The notes beneath the pieces are model-generated. The model was not told where the DNA came from. It worked only from the letters and a program-made list of their open reading frames with translations, and searched no databases. The position numbers were made by a program, and so were the translations under genes. From contig NC_089432.1 of NCBI RefSeq assembly GCF_026210795.1, positions 5,394,001 to 5,458,000 of the forward strand: 64,000 nucleotides of DNA, in the 5' to 3' direction. Shown one piece after another: positions 51,326-62,156 of this stretch. Source of the stretch: Rhizophagus irregularis (taxonomy: Eukaryota). Positions within the stretch are counted from its first letter, which is position 1, and the number at the start of each line of letters is the position of its first letter.

Positions 51326-53684
51326 TTAATTATATATATATATTAGTACTCTTTTATTTGGAGTTTTTACATTTATCTAGTAGTTTAATCTACATTTTCA
51401 GTTCTTTTTTCGTTATCATAAGTATAACACAACTTAAAATAGTGTGAAACATTCCACCTTTTACAGTATTTACAGGTGGCAACCTTGGTTGAAAGGAAAA
51501 TACGGATCTTAATTTTTATATTTAGATTGATACTGTAGATAAAGTTAGACTATATTAACCGCCCTTTAACTTTCTTTTTTTTAGATAGCCGCTAGTCTCT
51601 CGGATGGATTCTTTATAGTTCCCATTTGATTTATTAGCGTAGTCCTACTTTATCAAATAGTACAGATCGAAGAGTGGGGTCCCGTAGGGGATGACGAACA
51701 AAGGTCTATACACATATATTAGTCTTAAGTCTTTTCAAACTCTTTCCTCTTCTATTTGTAATAGCCTGGGTTTTAACACTCTTTTAGTAATAAAATAAAT
51801 AAATAAATAAATAATACACAGAAATAGTTAGTTTTACACATATGTACTATACACTTTGCAGCGAAAATTTTCCTACCATAAAATTAATATATATAAAAAG
51901 AAAAATAATCATAAAAACGTTTTTGATGCATGGAGGCAAAAGAGAGAGATAATAGAAACTCCTTCAAAAAAAGGAACCAATGTGTCCAATGAGCAATGCA
52001 AGTGATTATAGTCCTATGAATTTTAAATTTTTAAAAAAAACTCTTTTATTTTTTACTGTGTATAAAGTATAATTTATATAAAATAAAATCATTTAATAAA
52101 TTTTCATTCAATAAAGGTTTAAAATTTTACATAAATTTTACATAATTTATTGTACGATATCCCTCTAACCAATGAGAAGTTTTGATAGGTTTCGCCCACA
52201 TCACTTCTTGAGATATCTAATTTTTTACAGGTAAGTTAAATCTAAACAAATTATAACAATACATTAACGGTCATAAATTGTTATTAAGAAGTCTGATTCA
52301 TAATATTTTTGTAATCCAATAAATAAAAGGAATAGTTCCTTAACATGTGAATTATTTTTATCATTTACCCAATTTAAATGATTAAAATATAAAAAATTAA
52401 CTACTAAATTATAAATAAATTTATTTAAATTTAAATTAATCATTTATTTTGTATGAGTTTATTTTCTTAAGCACTTACAGCATTTCACAGAAATATCGTA
52501 GACGTTTAACAAAGTAATTTTGCGTAAACGATACAAAAAGCAATTTTTAAGACCTTATTTACTTATTTACAGTATTAAATAATGCTTATATTTGCATATA
52601 ATATAAACAATGATAAATATGATATTAAATATGGTAACCTTTGTTGTGATATAATGAATCATAACAATATTCATGCAAATTATATTAATGAATTTTATCA
52701 GTATCAAGTAATGTGTGATATTTATGGCATGGTTAAAAGATTTCTGCAAAGTATATTATTAGAATTTAATGAAAATGAGAAAGAAAATCAAAAATACCAC
52801 AATACGTTAGATTAAATATATTACAATAAAAATATATTAATATTTATTTTTTTTCTATTATTGCATTTGTTTTTTTTTTTTGTTTTATTCATAAAATTCA
52901 GCTAATCTATAGTTATTTATTAATATGCTGCTTCCATAAAAAATATATTTACATACATATTCCATCAAACCAATTTTCAGTTTTTTGTTTTAAAAAAAGA
53001 AAGTTTCTATTTAAAATTTAGAATAGGTTAAAATTTAGTAGATATATTAATTATTAAATTGCTAAAAAGAATATGAGGATAGTATCAGGATATATGTAAT
53101 TATTAGTAAATGGCTATCATGGTAAAATGTTCCTTTATATATACATTTTTTTTTTTAAATTAAAGATGCGTCACGAAAAAATTGGAATAAACAATTTGTT
53201 GGTAATTTGTAAACAGCCTGCTTCATTATTAATACTTATTCTTGGAATTATGTAATTTATGTAAATTGCAAAAAGGTTATGATTTGAAAATTCTTTTATC
53301 ATCAATTTACAACGCTAAAAAGTAAAAATAAGCAATTTACCGCAGCACGCCACCGGAAGTTTAAATATATTTTTTAAGGCGTGGTAACACAATGTAAAAT
53401 TAGATAATTAACTGTAAAGATAATAATTTAAAAATGTTAGTTTGGAGCACGATTATAATAGCACATGATCATAAATGAAAGCAAATTTTAATTTAGATAT
53501 AAATCAACATTACATATACTTTGTATAAAATATTTTAATGCATTAAACTATTTGGTTGGCTAAATTAACTGATAAAGCAGTTGAATGATCAGTTATAATA
53601 ACTTTTGACATCCCTAAACCCTAATCCTTAAAATTAACTTCTATTATTAAACGTCCTATTGCTTTTTATTAAATAAAATCATTA

Positions 53685-54600
53685 TTATTCGTAATCATTT
53701 TCAGATAAATTTTTTGATATTGTTATATCTTTTGATAAATCTTCATGTAGTTCCGATTTATAAGTACTTAGAGAAGACTTAAGATCTTTGAAAATATTCA
53801 ATTCATCAAAATTATTCATAAGCAGGGATAATTCTCCATGTAGTTCCGATTTATTAATACTTAGTACTAGGCCTTTAAAATCATTCGAATTAAGTTCTTG
53901 TTTGCTTGATGATTGAAGATTTTTTGTTATTATGTTTGTTCTTGTATTATTTGCTTTTAACAAATCAGATACTTGATATATGGTCGGACAATTATCAGGT
54001 TCACCATCCAACATTATATTATAATAATAAAATAATGCTTATATTATAATTAATTTAAGATTTTACTTACTGGTATAGATTCCCACATAATTTTCAGGTG
54101 TACCAGGAACAACAGCTTCTCTAAGATTTTTTTGTGAGATATCCGAAGCTAAATCAAGATCATATTTTTCATCACAAAATGGTAGCCGGCCACTAGATAT
54201 TTCCCACAATAATACGCCAACACTATAGAGTATAGATATCGCTTTTTCATCATTATCTTTTTGTCCGTTAATTACTTTTGGTCAATACAAGGAACCATGC
54301 CAAATACTTTTTTTTTGTAAATTGGATAATGATTTTTAGACAATCCAAAATCTGCTAATTTAATCGTTTTTTGATGGACTAATATATTTCCAGAGTGCTA
54401 AAAAAACAACAATTAAATGAGGAATTCTTTGTTGATAGTTAATTTAATAAAATGCCATTGATAACTAAATAACATAAATTAAATAACATAAATTACCAAA
54501 ATCACAATGCACAATACCCTATTATGTAAGCATAATACACCACAAGCTAACTGGTAGTTTCGAAGGCTACCACCATCGCGTATTCCATTACTATCATATA
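53685..54600 (-). pseudogene. Degraded TKL kinase (C-lobe and tail)
   Basis: HSGNILVHQKTIKLADFGLSK, GVLLWEISSGRLPF, LDGEPDNCPTI; multiple indels and an internal deletion between GGSLRN and YQLACG. Confidence 0.85.
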
Positions 54601-55091
54601 ACATAATATTATTGGTATAATTTTCTTATACACATAATAACCATATGTCAAAAATTAATTATGTTTTCGATATAAAGATGACTTATTATATTTAATTAAT
54701 ATATCAAAACAAACTATTAATCATTGTCGGATTAATAAATGACAAAAATTAAGTCATTGCTGGCTAATATCATAATGATATAACTTTAGTAAGTATATAT
54801 TATGACTAATATGCATACTTTTACTTTATTAGGAAATATTACTGTGTTATTATAATGAGTAAAACCGATTATTCATTAAAACTCTTATGATTTATAATTT
54901 GTAGACAGTATGACTTGAATTGACACACTGAGTCATAGTTACATTTAGTTACATTACATTACTAATATCACATGATGAGAAAAATAATATAAAAGAGGAC
55001 AAAATCTTAGTATTTTGAAATTAGAATTTTTTTTTTCAAGAACGCGTTTGATTTTATTATTAATTAATTTAAATTTATTAAAAAAAAAACA

Positions 55092-55955
55092 ATGACCAGA
55101 CATCATAATAAGAAATCATTTTTAAGTCAAACAAAATATGATATTCAAATGCGGGCAAGGGCTATTGAACATAGAAGAAAGACCACTATGTATGGTAAGT
55201 ACAAAGGGATGGTGCGCACTGCAGGGTTCACGATCGGGCTAGTTTCTTCCCAATTGCATCCAAGGTTACAGCCTAAACGGAGTCTTACTTAGTTATTTTT
55301 GTAACTAATTTCTTTTTAATTCTTTAAAATTTATAGGACACGCTCAAGGTAAAATAATAGGAGAAGACACTATGTATGGTGAGTATGAAGAGATGGTGCG
55401 CACTGCAGGGTTCACGATCGGGCTAGTTTCTTCCCAATTGCATCCAAGGTTACAGCCTGAACGGAGTCTTGCTTAGTTATTTTTGTAACTAATCTCTTTT
55501 TTAATTCTTTTAAAATTTGTAGGGAACGCTCAAGGAAAAATAAAAATAAAAGATACTATGTATGAAAGACACTATGTATGGTAAGTATGAAGGGATGGTG
55601 CACACTACAGGGTTCACGATCGGGCTAGTTTCTTCCCAATTGCATCCAAGGTTACAGCCTGAACGGAGTTTTACTTAGTTATTTTTGTAACTAATTTCTT
55701 TTTAATTCTTTAAAATTTATAGGACACACTCAAGGTAAAATAATAGGAGAAGACACTATGTATGGTGAGTGTGAAGAGATGGTGCGCACTGCAGGGTTCA
55801 CGATCGGGCTAGTTTCTTCCCAATTGCATCCAAGGTTACAGCCTGAACGGAGTCTTACTTAGTTATTTTTGTAACTAATTCTTTTTTTATTTCTTTAAAA
55901 TTTGTAGGGAACGCTCAAGGAAAGATTGGAGAAGATAGAGAAGACACTATATATG
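55092..55955 (+). CDS. Putative small repeat-peptide gene built from tandem micro-exons; exon 3 appears frameshifted
   Basis: Exons 55092-55194, 55337-55378, 55523-55580, 55723-55764, 55908-55955. GTAAGT/GTGAGT donors, CTAAT branch points, pyrimidine tracts and TAG acceptors; junctions phase 1. Peptides: leader…RRKTTMY / GHAQGKIIGEDTMY / GNAQGKIKIKDTMY(+16 nt) / GHTQGKIIGEDTMY / GNAQGKIGEDREDTIY. Confidence 0.55.
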
Positions 55956-56025
55956 GTAAGTATGAAAGGGATGATGTGCACTGCAGGTACACGAACCTTC
56001 CCAATTGCATCCAAGGTTACAGCAA
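55186..56025 (+). repeat. ~185-bp tandem repeat, four complete units plus one truncated; each unit is exon plus GC-rich intron; A/B higher-order alternation
   Basis: Introns 55195-55336, 55379-55522, 55581-55722 and 55765-55907 are near-identical. The fifth copy from 55956 is internally shortened and has no acceptor. Confidence 0.95.
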
Positions 56026-56392
56026 TGGCTCATAAATTACATATTGTAATATTTAAAAAAACACTATTTTTTTGTTTAACATTAAACGTCAAATTTTTGT
56101 AAGATTATTTATCGAAATTTTTAATTTTTGCTAATATTTATGTGTTATAATATTATTATAATACTTGATTTACCAAAAAACAAAATGCACACCGTGCATT
56201 GAATATTCGTTGTTCTGCATAAATACATCATTGCACACTTTTAGTAAGAATTTTCCGTGTTGTTGATCAACTATTGCGACAGCGTCCTTTTGTGCAAATT
56301 AATATGGCTGGGCTAATGATGAACCGATTCTGCGCCAAAAAAATATGATATTTATTTACTGCAATTTCTTTCTTTTTCATTTTTTTTCAAAA

Positions 56393-56740
56393 ATGGGTTA
56401 TAATAAGCTTATCAAAATTGGCAGAAAATATACTCGAAATTTTAGACGATGATGAATATTATGATATTACAGTTGAAGTTGGTAATGACCTTAACGTAAG
56501 AATATTTCGTGCTCATATGGTTATTTTAAAATATCATTCTTCTTATTTGCAAAGAATACGACCAATAAAAAAATTGATTAGAACTTTGACAAGTATTAAA
56601 TTACCAAACATTTTACCTGAGACTTTTCAAATAGTATTAAGGTAAAAGTAAAAGATAATGTAAAATTAAATATATTTATTTTTTTTTTTTACTTACAATC
56701 GTTTTATTTTAGATATATTTATGGGGGAAAATTTCTTTGC
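56393..56740 (+). pseudogene. BTB/POZ gene, 5' fragment only
   Basis: EILDDDEYYDITVEVGND…IFRAHMVIL…IKLPNILPETFQIVLR, an intron, then YIYGG. The ATG at 56393 is out of frame and the sequence switches to unrelated DNA at ~56740. Confidence 0.85.
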
Positions 56741-56744
56741 ATGA

Positions 56745-58103
56745 CAAATTTTTCTTTGTTTGACCCATATTATCCTTAACTTTTTTGTGAGATAAACTTG
56801 TGTCAACTTGTTCTTTCTTCTTTTCTAGATCCTTGAATTTTTCAGTAATAATTCTTTTTCTAATCTCATTCGTTCTTTAACCATTACATCAACTTCTAAC
56901 CCCTGAATATGATTTTCTAAATTTGTAATTTTTCTTCATATTCCTTTATTATTCATTTCTTGGTGATTACCTCATATTCTAAATTCCTAATTGTATCTTT
57001 ATTCTTCATTATTGATCATGTGGTTACCAAAGATTCCAATTTTGTTATCTTCTAACCCTGCTCACATGACTGTGAGTTGTTGCTGCGCTTGCTGGGGAGA
57101 GGAAATTTTTTAAGAATCTTTCAGTGATTTTATCTTGTATATTTCTGTTAAAACCCTCAAAACTTGCTATGAACTTCTCCATAAAGTTATTTGTTAGCTC
57201 TTCCCTTGATAAAACTATATTTTTTGATAGTTTTAGTGTTTTACTTAATAAAGTTTTGTTATCTGACTGTACAAAATTATTGAATAAATTTTTAAAAGAA
57301 TTTAGTAAAAGTAATTGCGATTGTTATTGATATTGTAATTATTGTAATTGTAATTGTAAATATTAAGAGTTTGAATTCCAAATTCTTTCATAATTTATTC
57401 ATCACGTTCTTTTCCTCAGCAAGTATCATTTCAAGTTCTGTAACTTCAACCTTACTATTTAAAGCAGCTTCACTATTAAGTCTTTTGAGGATAATGTCTT
57501 TATCATCATCGACATTATTATTGGATGTATTATTAAAATTATTACTCATTTTGAAGATGATTTGTGACGTACAAAGCCACGATAAACACGGAATTGTCTT
57601 CATTGTGAAGTTGAATTTGTTGGTGAATGTGTTGGTATTGATTGAGTAGTTGGGTAATCTTGTTGCGAAGATGATGTAGAAATTGTAAGAGAAGGTTTAT
57701 CAGTCTGAGTAGTTGGATAATCTTGTTGTGAGGGTGATGTAAAAATTGTAAATGAAGGTTTAGTTTCAGTAGAATTATCGTAAGGTGGAGGAGGTTCTTC
57801 ATCTTCAACAGTTTCTACATTTTCATCCCAAGTAGAAACATCTTTTTTCTTATGATCATAGACATTTTCATCATCATCATCATCATCAATATCATCATAA
57901 CCATAATTTTGTCTCGTTGAATGACCTCCAGTATTTAAAGTATTCCCAGTTAATATATTTATAGCATCAGTGGCAAAATCGGAAGTATAGGTAGCAAGTT
58001 CTACAACTTTATATATAAAGTTTGTGACAATTCCAGGACGAAGTATTTTAGAAATTTTTTCTTGTTGTCATTGTTGAAAATCTAGTATTGAAATTGACTG
58101 CAT
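56745..58103 (-). pseudogene. Decayed intronless ORFs (acidic/Ser-Thr-rich ORF followed by coiled-coil-like ORF), probably a mobile-element relic
   Basis: From ATG 58103: MQSISILDFQQ*QQEKISKILRPG…YDDIDDDDDDE…EEPPPPYDN…TSQ*RQFRVYRGFVRHKSSSK*. The last stop overlaps the next ATG (ATGA, ~57546-57549), which starts MSNNFNN…KRLNSEAALNSKVEVTELE…; stops look like CGA>TGA and CAA>TAA decay. Confidence 0.5.
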
Positions 58104-59506
58104 TTTGTGTTGATATTTTTTAAAAAATTTTAGGTATATAGTAATATATATAGGGTTTATTGGAAGAAAAGTAGAATAAAGAACAAACAAAAAAAATAAA
58201 AAATTGATTTTTGTTGTTCTGTGCGGGGTATTTTTTTATTATATATTTTTTGTACAGGTATTGGTAAAAAAAAAAGAAAATAATTTTTTTTTGCATATTT
58301 TTAAAATTTTATATGTACTGTATATATGTATATATATACGTAATTTTTTTTATACCTGTTATTGAATGACTCAAAGGATGACTCAATATTTTTAAGTGGC
58401 TCAACTTGTGACTTTTTAATAGAAAAATGTTACACTTTGATCTTTAATCTGATGATAAATTTCGCGATAAAACTATACAATTATCACACCCAACATTTGA
58501 TGAAAAGATCAGAATGAGTAATATGAGTAATAATAACTTGTAATTAAATAATATTTATTTGTAATAATGTGATATAAAAGATATATGATATAATATACAT
58601 ATAAGTAATATATAATATAATAAGTGTTAATTTTATATTTTTTAATGTTTTTAATAGAAAGATTTATAAACATTTCTTGATGTCCTACCATCAAAGTTTT
58701 TTTTTGATAGATGTATAATAGAATAAGCATAATACGTATAATACAATATGTGTCAAATTGTAGTATCACCAAATTTCAGATTTTTTGATATGTATATTTT
58801 ATTTAGATTGAGTAAATTTACAATCATATAAAATACTACTTAATGATCCTTATAATATAATCATACATGGTAATCTTTAATCTATCAAAATTTTGCACTT
58901 TAATATTATAACAACCCAAATCTTTTAACTTCATCTTTAAAATCAAAACAATTCATCATAACCCTTTTCTTTTTCATAATATATTCTTTTATATAGGGTA
59001 AAATACTTTGGTCATTTAAGTAATAACAGATTAATAATTTCTTAATAAAGGTATTTTGAGAATTCTTTAGAAACACTTCTTCAATATGGTAAAGTTTCAA
59101 ATGTAAAACGTAAATATTTTGATTTAGGAGGAAGAATTTGTCTTAAATTTTGTAATATTATTGCTTGAACTACATTCAATTCGAATCAGCATGGGCTGTA
59201 CATTAATATTTTCAATTAAATATAATTTTTGATAAGTAAACTGACTTCCAATTGTATAAAAATCAAAACTAATTTTACAATATTTTAAATAATAATATTT
59301 GTGATACTTCATAACTGGAATTAAACCTAAAGTTACTATTGTATTTAAAGTATTTGAACAATTGTATATATTTGATGATAATAATGATTTAAATAAAGAT
59401 AAATAATTTTTATTTATTAAAATTTTCTTGCTATTTCAATAAATAAAATAATAATTTCAATTTAAATAATCATTTTAATTAATCGAATTGATAAAATAAA
59501 TAATTA

Positions 59507-59945
59507 CTAAATCTTGGTGTAAATTACTTCATTATGCAAGCATGATACTCCACAAGCTAACTGGTAAGTCAAATTCCATTTATCACCCAAAGTAAGCTTA
59601 GTAAAATTGTTCTTCAAATAGTTTCGAAGAATACCACCATCTGCATATTCCAATACTAACATAAAATTTTTAATATTATTTCTAAAGAGCAAAAGAAATA
59701 ATTATTAATTTAATTTGAATATTACAATAGATTTATTATACTTATAATACCTGGCTCAAATTTTGTTATTCCATAGAAGCAAATAATAATCTACTTTTCG
59801 TTGCAATTTAATCAAATTTTAAATATAACAATAAAGGGTTAAACTATAAACATTGAAAATGCATAGTAATTACCTCATAAACAATTTCTTTCGCGGTGGT
59901 ATTATCAAGATTAAAAAAAGATTTTAACGCTAAATATTTGTATCC
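59507..59945 (-). pseudogene. TKL kinase N-lobe fragment
   Basis: YLALKSFFNLDNTTAKEIVYE, an exon with FYGIT, then MLVLEYADGGILRNYLKNNF…YQLACGVSCLHNE; truncated on both sides. Confidence 0.8.
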
Positions 59946-61263
59946 TCAGTATCATAAATTTTGGACATATCTAAATAATTTGAAAAAAAGATATGTCGCG
60001 TTAAAAATTTCTATTGTTTTAAATTTAAACTAATACACAGTGTTACAAACAATAACTCAGCCACAGTATCAAAAGTAATGGTACGAGAAAGTTAAGATCA
60101 GATCACTACCACCATCACTTATACCACCTACACCACTTACAGTATATAATAATAGCGTAAATCATTTTGTACTAATTTAGTCATTAATTTTTTATTTTAA
60201 TTTTTTTATGTATAGTATTATGAGGACTATCTCTGGAGACGATATTATAAATTTTGGTTATCCCCTCAAAACCTTCTTCCACAAAATTCACTACTCCTTC
60301 CTTTTTTGAATAATCCCTGAAATTCAATACATTCAACAATTTAAACATGCATACTGCAGACCCTTAGTTGTTATAGACTTAACTTTTCCAAGTTGTTATG
60401 ATAATAAAAATTTCCATTATTGCAAATTAATTTAATATCAAATAAAATTATCTTATAAAAAAAAGGTATCAAATAAAAAAATTTATTATGCTATTACTAT
60501 ATTAACGCAAATTTTTGCTTAAAAAAGTCTATTGTGAAAAAAACTATGAATAAATAAATAATAAAAAAAAATGGCAAATAAATGTTTATTATTAAAAAAA
60601 AAATTATCAAATAAGAAATTAATTTGTTAAGAATTTGAGTTTTTCTTTGATGATAAATCCTAGAAAATTGTGTTTAATCGTATTTTGATTCGTATCCATG
60701 AGATCAGATCGAAAAAATGTGATAATGATTTCCAAAAATCGATATTTTTTATCCTTATTAAAAAAATCAATAATGAATTTTTTCGAAAAAAAATCACCAA
60801 AAAAGTGATATCTATAAAATGATTTATGAAAATGATAGACAATTTACAATAAATTTTTTATAACTATGTATAAATAATAATATCATTAAAATAAATAAAT
60901 AAGATACAATCTAAACATATTTCATCGAAAGCACATGATAATAAATTTAAAAGTCATTAAAAAGTGATATCAATTTATTAGTACTATATTATGTAAAATG
61001 TAATAATACTTTGAAAAAGTTGTACATTATAAGTTACAAAATACTTTATATCCGAGTAAAATTGCACTATGCCATAAGATATTCGTACATAATAAAATAT
61101 CTCTGCACAAAATAATATTCACCTACAGTTGATTACAATTTATTAATCCAAATATTCTATATACAGTACTTAGTCAAAACATAAAACTTCTTGCTTCAAA
61201 AAGAAAATATTTTCATAATTTTTTTAATATTTGTATCTATAATGTCTTTCACTAAATGTATAA

Positions 61264-62156
61264 TCATATCAAACCCAAATCTTTTTCGCTGGTTTGATGC
61301 TCACTTTCTTTATCTTCATTTTCTTTAACTTCTTCAATTAATAATTCATCTTCATCATATTTCTAAAAGTGCAAAAATGAAACTAAGATAAAAATCTATT
61401 AACACAGTAAAATAAAAATAAAACCATACCTGCGAGATAATTTTTTCAACAAATTCTATGTCCAAAGTAAAACCTGGTAAAATATTACCACCATCTAAAT
61501 CTTCCCACTTACGTTTCTGACGGGTAACATTTTCATCATCATCCTTTTCATAAGTCCAGATCATGTGATTCCTTGGATCAATTAACCATCCCAACTTTAC
61601 AGAAGTACCCGTTGCAAAGTAATCATTCTTGAATCTAATATCAACTTCATTTAATATTGCTTCCTTTGAAACATTTACAACCTCAGTAACAAATATGGGA
61701 GTAAAAGGTTGGCCAAAAAAAGTCAAAAGCTGAGTTTTACTAAGTGAGTTATAAATATTTTCGGGTATAAAAGCAATATGTGGTGCCCGAATCTTACTCT
61801 GGCCTTTAACACTAAAATTATAACCTCCTTGAGATGTAGTAACAATACCATTTTGACCAGTTTCAACATTCCAGTTACCAAGTTGTCTAGAAATTTCATG
61901 TACAACAGCCTCATTAGCAATTGGAGATTGTGGAATAGGAAGTAGCCTTCCATTTTCAAAGTTAATACGAGTTTTAAGATGATTGTTAATGTGTTCAATC
62001 TCTTCTGGGGTGTAAATATGGGTAAGATCCAAATTTTTTAAATCTAGTGAAAAAGAAATTTATTGGATAGTAAATATTTCTATATTTGTAAGTACAAAAT
62101 AGTTTCTTCACAATTAATAAAAGCACTTTACCGATTTCTTTCTTTTTTGGTGGCAT
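61264..62156 (-). CDS. Uma2/DUF820-like PD-(D/E)XK nuclease-fold protein, 3 exons
   Basis: Exons 62156-62132 (MPPKKKEI), 62043-61430, 61362-61264. Motifs SQGGYNF, IRAPHIAF, PIFVTEV, VKLGWLIDP, DGGNILPGFTLD match the Uma2 family pattern. Confidence 0.8.

Larger units (their letters stand above)
48675..51813 (+). mobile_element. Retroposed element, probably non-autonomous, with one large ORF, 15-bp TSD and (TAAA)n tail
   Basis: TSD ATACACAGAAATAGT at 48660-48674 and 51814-51828. Tail TAATAAAATAAATAAATAAATAAATA immediately before the 3' TSD. Intronless ORF, higher GC than the flanks. Confidence 0.88.

Noticed and set aside
55188..55292. The intron read-through mini-ORF (MYGKY…RSLT*) as the main product
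   Set aside because: Differences between copies are almost all nonsynonymous and the unit has clear donor, branch and acceptor signals; kept only as a possible intron-retention tail.
55195..55336. tRNA, hammerhead, twister, TPP riboswitch or C/D snoRNA identity for the repeated intron
   Set aside because: No cloverleaf with a proper T-loop; no CUGAUGA/GAAA core; GGTTACAGCC only partly resembles the twister loop and lacks the rest; no TPP CUGAGA consensus; no RUGAUGA box.
55186..56025. CRISPR-like repeat/spacer reading of the 185-bp array
   Set aside because: The constant part is ~142 nt with splice signals, the variable parts are homologous to each other, the host is eukaryotic and no cas genes are present.
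57380..58103. TGA=Trp (Mollicutes endosymbiont-derived) reading of the decayed ORF
   Set aside because: Arg (CGA>TGA) fits the contexts equally well, and TAA stops and frameshifts also occur downstream, which fits C>T decay.
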